NCBI GenBank assembly: GCA_964427405.1
Contig: CAYRUB010000003.1
Coordinates: 946-64,945, forward strand
Direction: 5' to 3'
Origin: an uncultured Planctomycetales bacterium
GTDB taxonomy: Bacteria; Omnitrophota; Gorgyraeia; Gygaellales; Profunditerraquicolaceae
Length of the DNA stretch: 64,000 bases
Shown here: positions 59,769-64,000 of the stretch, in pieces
Numbering within the stretch: position 1 is the stretch's first letter
Layout: each line of letters opens with the position of its first letter
The notes under the pieces: generated by a model
What the model was told of the DNA's origin: nothing
Seen by the model: the letters and a program-made list of their open reading frames with translations, nothing else
The model's database searches: none
Translations under genes and position numbers: made by a program

Positions 59769-61247
59769 TTATACTCCGATTGCTTCCATCATAGCCTTAG
59801 CTTTATTCACTGATTCCTGATATTCTTTCTGCGGAACAGAGTCAGCGACAATCCCTCCTCCGGCCTGCACATAAGCAAAACCATCCTTAAGTACGATTGT
59901 ACGGATGGCAATGCAAGTATCTAAATTATGCGAAAAACTAAAATAACCGATTGAACCGGCGTATAAAGCACGCCTCAAATTCTCCAGCCCATCAATAATC
60001 TCCATCGCCCGAATCTTGGGACTGCCGGAAACTGTGCCTGCCGGAAAAGCGGCTTTTAACACATCATAGATATCAAACCTTTTTTTGTCAAGTACCGCGC
60101 TGACTCCACTAACCAGATGCATTACGTGAGAATATTTTTCCACACGCATGAAATCATCGACCTTTACCTTGCCCGGTTTGCTTATACGGCCTAAATCATT
60201 CCTACCCAAATCTACCAGCATTAAATGCTCCGCCTTTTCCTTTTCATCAGCCAGAAGCTCTTTTTCTAAGCGCGTATCTTCCTGGATATTCCTGCCGCGC
60301 CTGCGCGTTCCGGCAATAGGACGGGTCTGCACCAAGCCATTCTCACAACGCACAAGCATTTCAGGGCTTGAGCCGACAATAGAAAAATCCTTCAACTTCA
60401 AATAATACATATAAGGAGAAGGGTTAAGGTTGCGCAGAGCACGGTAAACTTCAAAAGGGTCTCTTTGCGTCTTAACCTTAAATCTCTGCGATAAAACTAC
60501 CTGGATAATATCGCCTTTCTTAATATATTCTTTACCCTTCTTTACCATATCAATAAATTCTGATCTTTTAAGATTGCTGCTTACAAGTAGCTTGCCAGGG
60601 CACTTTACTGGCTTAGCCTGAATAACAAAACGGTTAAAATCATCATGAATAAAATTTATTTTTTTAATTGCCTGCTGATAAAGCTCTCTTTTCTTTAAAA
60701 CCCCCGCTTTCTTCGGCAAGATAACATTACTCACAATTTTTAAAGAATGATTAAGCCGGTCAAAAATTAAAATTGTATCCGTTAAAATAAAAAGCGTATC
60801 CGGAATCTTCAGGGTATCTTTATTTTTGTCCGGGATTTTCTCAAAGAACCTCACCGTATCATATCCCATATAACCTACAAGGCCGCCGTAAAAAAGCGGT
60901 AAACCAGCCAGCTCTACGCTGCGAAAATCCCGCATTATCTTCTTAATCTCATCAAGAGGGGTTTCTTTAGTAATAAAACTCCTGCTTTTCTTACTTGCGA
61001 CATCAATAATCTCAATCTTCTTACCCTTGCTTTTAAAAATCAGGCTGGGATTAGTCCCTAAAAAGGAATACCGCGCGATCTTCTCCTGACCTTCGACTGA
61101 TTCCAGGAGAAAAGAATAATCACCTTGTTTAATTTTCAAAAAAGCGGAAACCGGAGTATCCAGGTCTGCGTTGACCTCCATATAAACCGGGATCACATTA
61201 CCCTTTTTACTTAATTTTAAAAATTCTTTTAAATCTGGTTTATACAT
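59769..61247 (-). CDS. trpE: Anthranilate synthase component I
   Basis: FLLESVE, NPSPY, GSSPE, PIAGTR, EHLMLVDLGRND and FPAGTVSGSPK motifs; start reassigned to ATG 61247. Confidence 0.9.
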   Translation of the reverse strand: MYKPDLKEFLKLSKKGNVIPVYMEVNADLDTPVSAFLKIKQGDYSFLLESVEGQEKIARYSFLGTNPSLIFKSKGKKIEIIDVASKKSRSFITKETPLDEIKKIMRDFRSVELAGLPLFYGGLVGYMGYDTVRFFEKIPDKNKDTLKIPDTLFILTDTILIFDRLNHSLKIVSNVILPKKAGVLKKRELYQQAIKKINFIHDDFNRFVIQAKPVKCPGKLLVSSNLKRSEFIDMVKKGKEYIKKGDIIQVVLSQRFKVKTQRDPFEVYRALRNLNPSPYMYYLKLKDFSIVGSSPEMLVRCENGLVQTRPIAGTRRRGRNIQEDTRLEKELLADEKEKAEHLMLVDLGRNDLGRISKPGKVKVDDFMRVEKYSHVMHLVSGVSAVLDKKRFDIYDVLKAAFPAGTVSGSPKIRAMEIIDGLENLRRALYAGSIGYFSFSHNLDTCIAIRTIVLKDGFAYVQAGGGIVADSVPQKEYQESVNKAKAMMEAIGV

Positions 61248-61252
61248 GAATA

Positions 61253-61585
61253 CTACTTTAATCTCCTGTAAAAACATGACCTATTGCCCGTATGACACGC
61301 CTTACCCACCTGGCGTACCTTGATTAAAAGCGCGTCCATATCGCAATCATAAGCGATAGACTTAACAAATTGAAAATGCCCGCTGGTTAAACCTTTAACC
61401 CAATACTCTTTTCTTGAGCGCGACCAAAAACAAGTCTTACCTAATTTTAAAGTTCTGCGCAGCGACTCCCGGTTCATATAACCCACCATCAAAACCTGGC
61501 TATTCTTATAATCCTGGATTATCGCCGGTATCAATCCATTCCCATCAAACTTTAAACTCCCTAATTTAAATTTTATATTTTTCAT
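61253..61585 (-). CDS. hisI: Phosphoribosyl-AMP cyclohydrolase
   Basis: WSRSR, DCDMD and ACHTG..SCF motifs. Confidence 0.96.
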   Translation of the reverse strand: MKNIKFKLGSLKFDGNGLIPAIIQDYKNSQVLMVGYMNRESLRRTLKLGKTCFWSRSRKEYWVKGLTSGHFQFVKSIAYDCDMDALLIKVRQVGKACHTGNRSCFYRRLK

Positions 61586-62337
61586 AATCTTACATTTATC
61601 CCTCTTTTATTTAAATACTCCTTTACCTGTTTTACGGATAACTTGCCATAATGAAAAAGCGAGGCGGCCAAAGCAGCATCCGCCCCAGCTTGCGTAAAAA
61701 CATTGTAGAAATCATCTAATTTTCCCGCGCCGCCGGAAGCAATCACCGGAATATTTACCTTATCAGTAATTGCCTTAGTCAGCTTCAGGTCATAACCGTT
61801 TTTGGTTCCATCACAATCCATGCTGGTCAAAAGGATCTCGCCTGCCCCAAGCCTGGCAGCTTTCTCCGCCCAAATCAAAGCATCAATACCAGTAGGAGTC
61901 CTGCCACCGTTAATAAACACCTCCCAGAAATCCTCCTGTTTTTTTGCGTCAATAGCTACCACAATACACTGACTGCCGAATCTTTTCGCGGCGCTGCTGA
62001 TTAACTCAGGAAATTTCACTGCCTGGGTATTAAGAGAAACCTTTTCCGCTCCGGCATTTAGAATATTACGAATATCATCAATCTCACTTATCCCCCCGCC
62101 AACCGTAAACGGCATAAAGATATTGCGGGCGATCTTTTCAACCAGAGCCAGCAGAATTTTTCTATTCTCAATGCTGGCAGTAATATCTAAAAAAATCAGT
62201 TCATCCGCGCCCTGGGCATCATATGCCTTAGCCACGCTAACCGGATCCCCGGCATCGCGCAACCCAAGGAACTTTACGCCCTTAACTACGCGGCCGGCCT
62301 TAATATCCAAACAGGGAATAATGCGTTTGCTGAGCAT
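61582..62337 (-). CDS. hisF: Imidazole glycerol phosphate synthase cyclase subunit
   Basis: [25 protein letters not shown] and ASGGAG motifs. Confidence 0.97.
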   Translation of the reverse strand: MLSKRIIPCLDIKAGRVVKGVKFLGLRDAGDPVSVAKAYDAQGADELIFLDITASIENRKILLALVEKIARNIFMPFTVGGGISEIDDIRNILNAGAEKVSLNTQAVKFPELISSAAKRFGSQCIVVAIDAKKQEDFWEVFINGGRTPTGIDALIWAEKAARLGAGEILLTSMDCDGTKNGYDLKLTKAITDKVNIPVIASGGAGKLDDFYNVFTQAGADAALAASLFHYGKLSVKQVKEYLNKRGINVRL

Positions 62338-62355
62338 TTATTACAATAACCTCGC

Positions 62356-62775
62356 TTACTTATTTTTTTTCTGCAAATATTCCCTTAAGGCTGACCAGGT
62401 CTTTTTGCCTACCTTGCCGTCCACTGAAAGATTATTTGCTTTTTGAAAATCTTTTATTGCCTGACGGCTCTGCTTGCCAATTTTACCGTCAATAACCCCC
62501 TGGTAATAACCCGCATTCTTTAAAGCCGCCTGAATCTGCCTTGAGCTCGGCCGTTCCTTAGTCTCTCCGGTTTTAGCTAAACTCTCTGCGGAAACAGCTG
62601 CTGCTTGCTCTGCGCTACTTACCTCTTCCGTTTTTACGGGTGCCTGTGATTCAAGTGCAGTAACCTGATTTCTTAAACCCTGAATCTCCAAATCTTTATT
62701 TCTGCCCGTGGAACATCCACTTAAAGAAAAAATAAATGCCGCTGCCGCGCCTAACAACAATACTCTCTTTCCCAT
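62356..62775 (-). CDS. Lipoprotein with C-terminal peptidoglycan-binding (PG_binding_1-like) domain
   Basis: Lipobox LSGC, a short coiled coil, then IQAALKNAGYY..IDGKIG...AIKDFQ...VDGKVGKKTW. Confidence 0.85.
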   Translation of the reverse strand: MGKRVLLLGAAAAFIFSLSGCSTGRNKDLEIQGLRNQVTALESQAPVKTEEVSSAEQAAAVSAESLAKTGETKERPSSRQIQAALKNAGYYQGVIDGKIGKQSRQAIKDFQKANNLSVDGKVGKKTWSALREYLQKKNK

Positions 62776-62785
62776 GTTTCCTCCT

Positions 62786-63505
62786 TTATTTCAGTTTTAA
62801 GGCCTCAACAAGGGTAAATTTCCCTTCATACAAAGCCTTACCCACAATCACCCCTGATATACCTTTTTTCTGCAAGCTCTTAAGTTTAATCAAATCTTTT
62901 AAATCCGCCACCCCACCGGAAGCAATAACATCCAACCCGGTTTTACGAATCAATTCCTTAATCCCTAAAATATTCGGGCCGACTAAAGCGCCATCCTTGG
63001 AAATATCCGTATAGATTATCTGTTTAAACCCCACCTCCTTTAATTCTTTGGCAAAATCCAATACCGTTTTAGAAGCTGAGCTGCTCCACCCCTGCGTCAG
63101 GACCTTTGCGCCTTTAGCGTCAATACTCACAATAATCTTTTCGCCAAATTTCTTAAAGGCCTTTTTCAAAAATTGCGCGTCATTAGCCGCCCGCGTACCC
63201 AAAACCACCCTTTGCACCCCTAAGTTAAGCAGTTCAGAGATCGTTTCCATACTCCTAACTCCGCCGCCAAATTCAAGCGACACACACACCTGAGTTATGA
63301 TTTTTTTTAAAACCTCCAAATTTTTAAGAGAACCGCTTGAAGCCCCATCCAGATCCACAATATGCAGAAACTTCGCCCCCTGCTTAGCCCAATGCTTAGC
63401 CACCTTAACCGGATCGTTGGAATAAACCTTCTCCCGGTCAAATTTCCCCTGAAAAAGCCTAACCACTTTCCCGCCCCTCAAATCTATCGCCGGAATGATT
63501 AACAT
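62786..63505 (-). CDS. hisA: ProFAR isomerase
   Basis: IIPAIDL, HIVDLDGA, GGGVRS and TDISKDG motifs. Confidence 0.97.
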   Translation of the reverse strand: MLIIPAIDLRGGKVVRLFQGKFDREKVYSNDPVKVAKHWAKQGAKFLHIVDLDGASSGSLKNLEVLKKIITQVCVSLEFGGGVRSMETISELLNLGVQRVVLGTRAANDAQFLKKAFKKFGEKIIVSIDAKGAKVLTQGWSSSASKTVLDFAKELKEVGFKQIIYTDISKDGALVGPNILGIKELIRKTGLDVIASGGVADLKDLIKLKSLQKKGISGVIVGKALYEGKFTLVEALKLK

Positions 63506-64000
63506 AATTCTACAAAGTTTTTGATTATCTTAAGACCGGCTGTCTGGCTTTTCTCCGGATGAAACTGTACCCCGTAAATATTATCCCTGGCCAAAACACA
63601 AGCAAACTTTACGCCATAATCACAGCTGGCCGCGACAATATCTTTATCAACAGGCTCGGGATAATATGAGTGACAAAAGTAAACCTGCTCCTTTACGTTT
63701 ATCCCTTTTAATAAAGAACAGATAGAAGATACATCCTCCAAATTATTCCAACCCATATGCGGAACTTTTTGCCCAAGCTTAGCGCTGAATTTAACTACCT
63801 GCCCTTTTAATACCCCTAAACCTTCTTTACTCTTAGCCTCCTGGCTTGTTTCAAACAAAAGTTGCATACCCAAACAAATCCCCAAAAACGGTTTTTTGTT
63901 TTTAATCTCCTCTTTAAGCACGGAAATTAACCCCAGTTTCTCCAGCTCCGCAACCGCGTCATCAAATGCGCCTACTCCCGGCAAGACTATTTTCTTACAA
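63499..64000 (-). CDS. hisH: Imidazole glycerol phosphate synthase glutaminase subunit (5' end outside the window)
   Basis: LPGVGAF, GICLGMQ, PHMGWN and QFHPEKS motifs; the frame is open to the window edge. Confidence 0.95.
   Translation of the reverse strand, partial: CKKIVLPGVGAFDDAVAELEKLGLISVLKEEIKNKKPFLGICLGMQLLFETSQEAKSKEGLGVLKGQVVKFSAKLGQKVPHMGWNNLEDVSSICSLLKGINVKEQVYFCHSYYPEPVDKDIVAASCDYGVKFACVLARDNIYGVQFHPEKSQTAGLKIIKNFVELC

Noticed and set aside
836-63293. Dozens of + strand ORFs in the track (e.g. 5037-5696, 21682-22197, 46986-47465, 48745-49263)
   Set aside because: All lie antisense to well-conserved genes, have no recognisable motifs and read as codon-mirror shadows.

Overview
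A 64 kb core-genome segment in which every credible gene lies on the minus strand. It is most likely from a PVC-superphylum bacterium, probably Candidatus Omnitrophota; this is an inference from the PVC-type EF-Tu switch I, the absent rpmD and the overall gene content. In transcription order (right to left) it holds: hisH-hisA-PG-binding lipoprotein-hisF-hisI-trpE-rpsP-yajC-secDF-short mfd-surA-pdxA-rsmA; tRNA-Thr-rpmG-tRNA-Trp-secE-nusG-rplKAJL-rpoBC plus the str/S10/spc/alpha ribosomal cluster; aspC, a LeuC-like gene, pilT, a LeuD-like gene, icd, mdh, lpdA and a free lipoyl domain; an HD-GYP/glycolipid/cobO block; and a B12 uptake and salvage operon with two different cobalamin riboswitches, ending in a truncated btuB. 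I found no transposase, integrase, phage gene or CRISPR array. The most novel signal is non-coding: a covarying two-hairpin element (4 full copies plus 1 partial) that sits directly against the Shine-Dalgarno sequences of rpsM, rplF and rpsC and is also inserted into the P4 loop of a B12 riboswitch. A second dispersed hairpin repeat family is also present. Other points of interest are a half-size Mfd, a probable heterodimeric aconitase split by pilT, E3 with a free lipoyl carrier, and a Dph6/DUF71 enzyme in the B12 operon.
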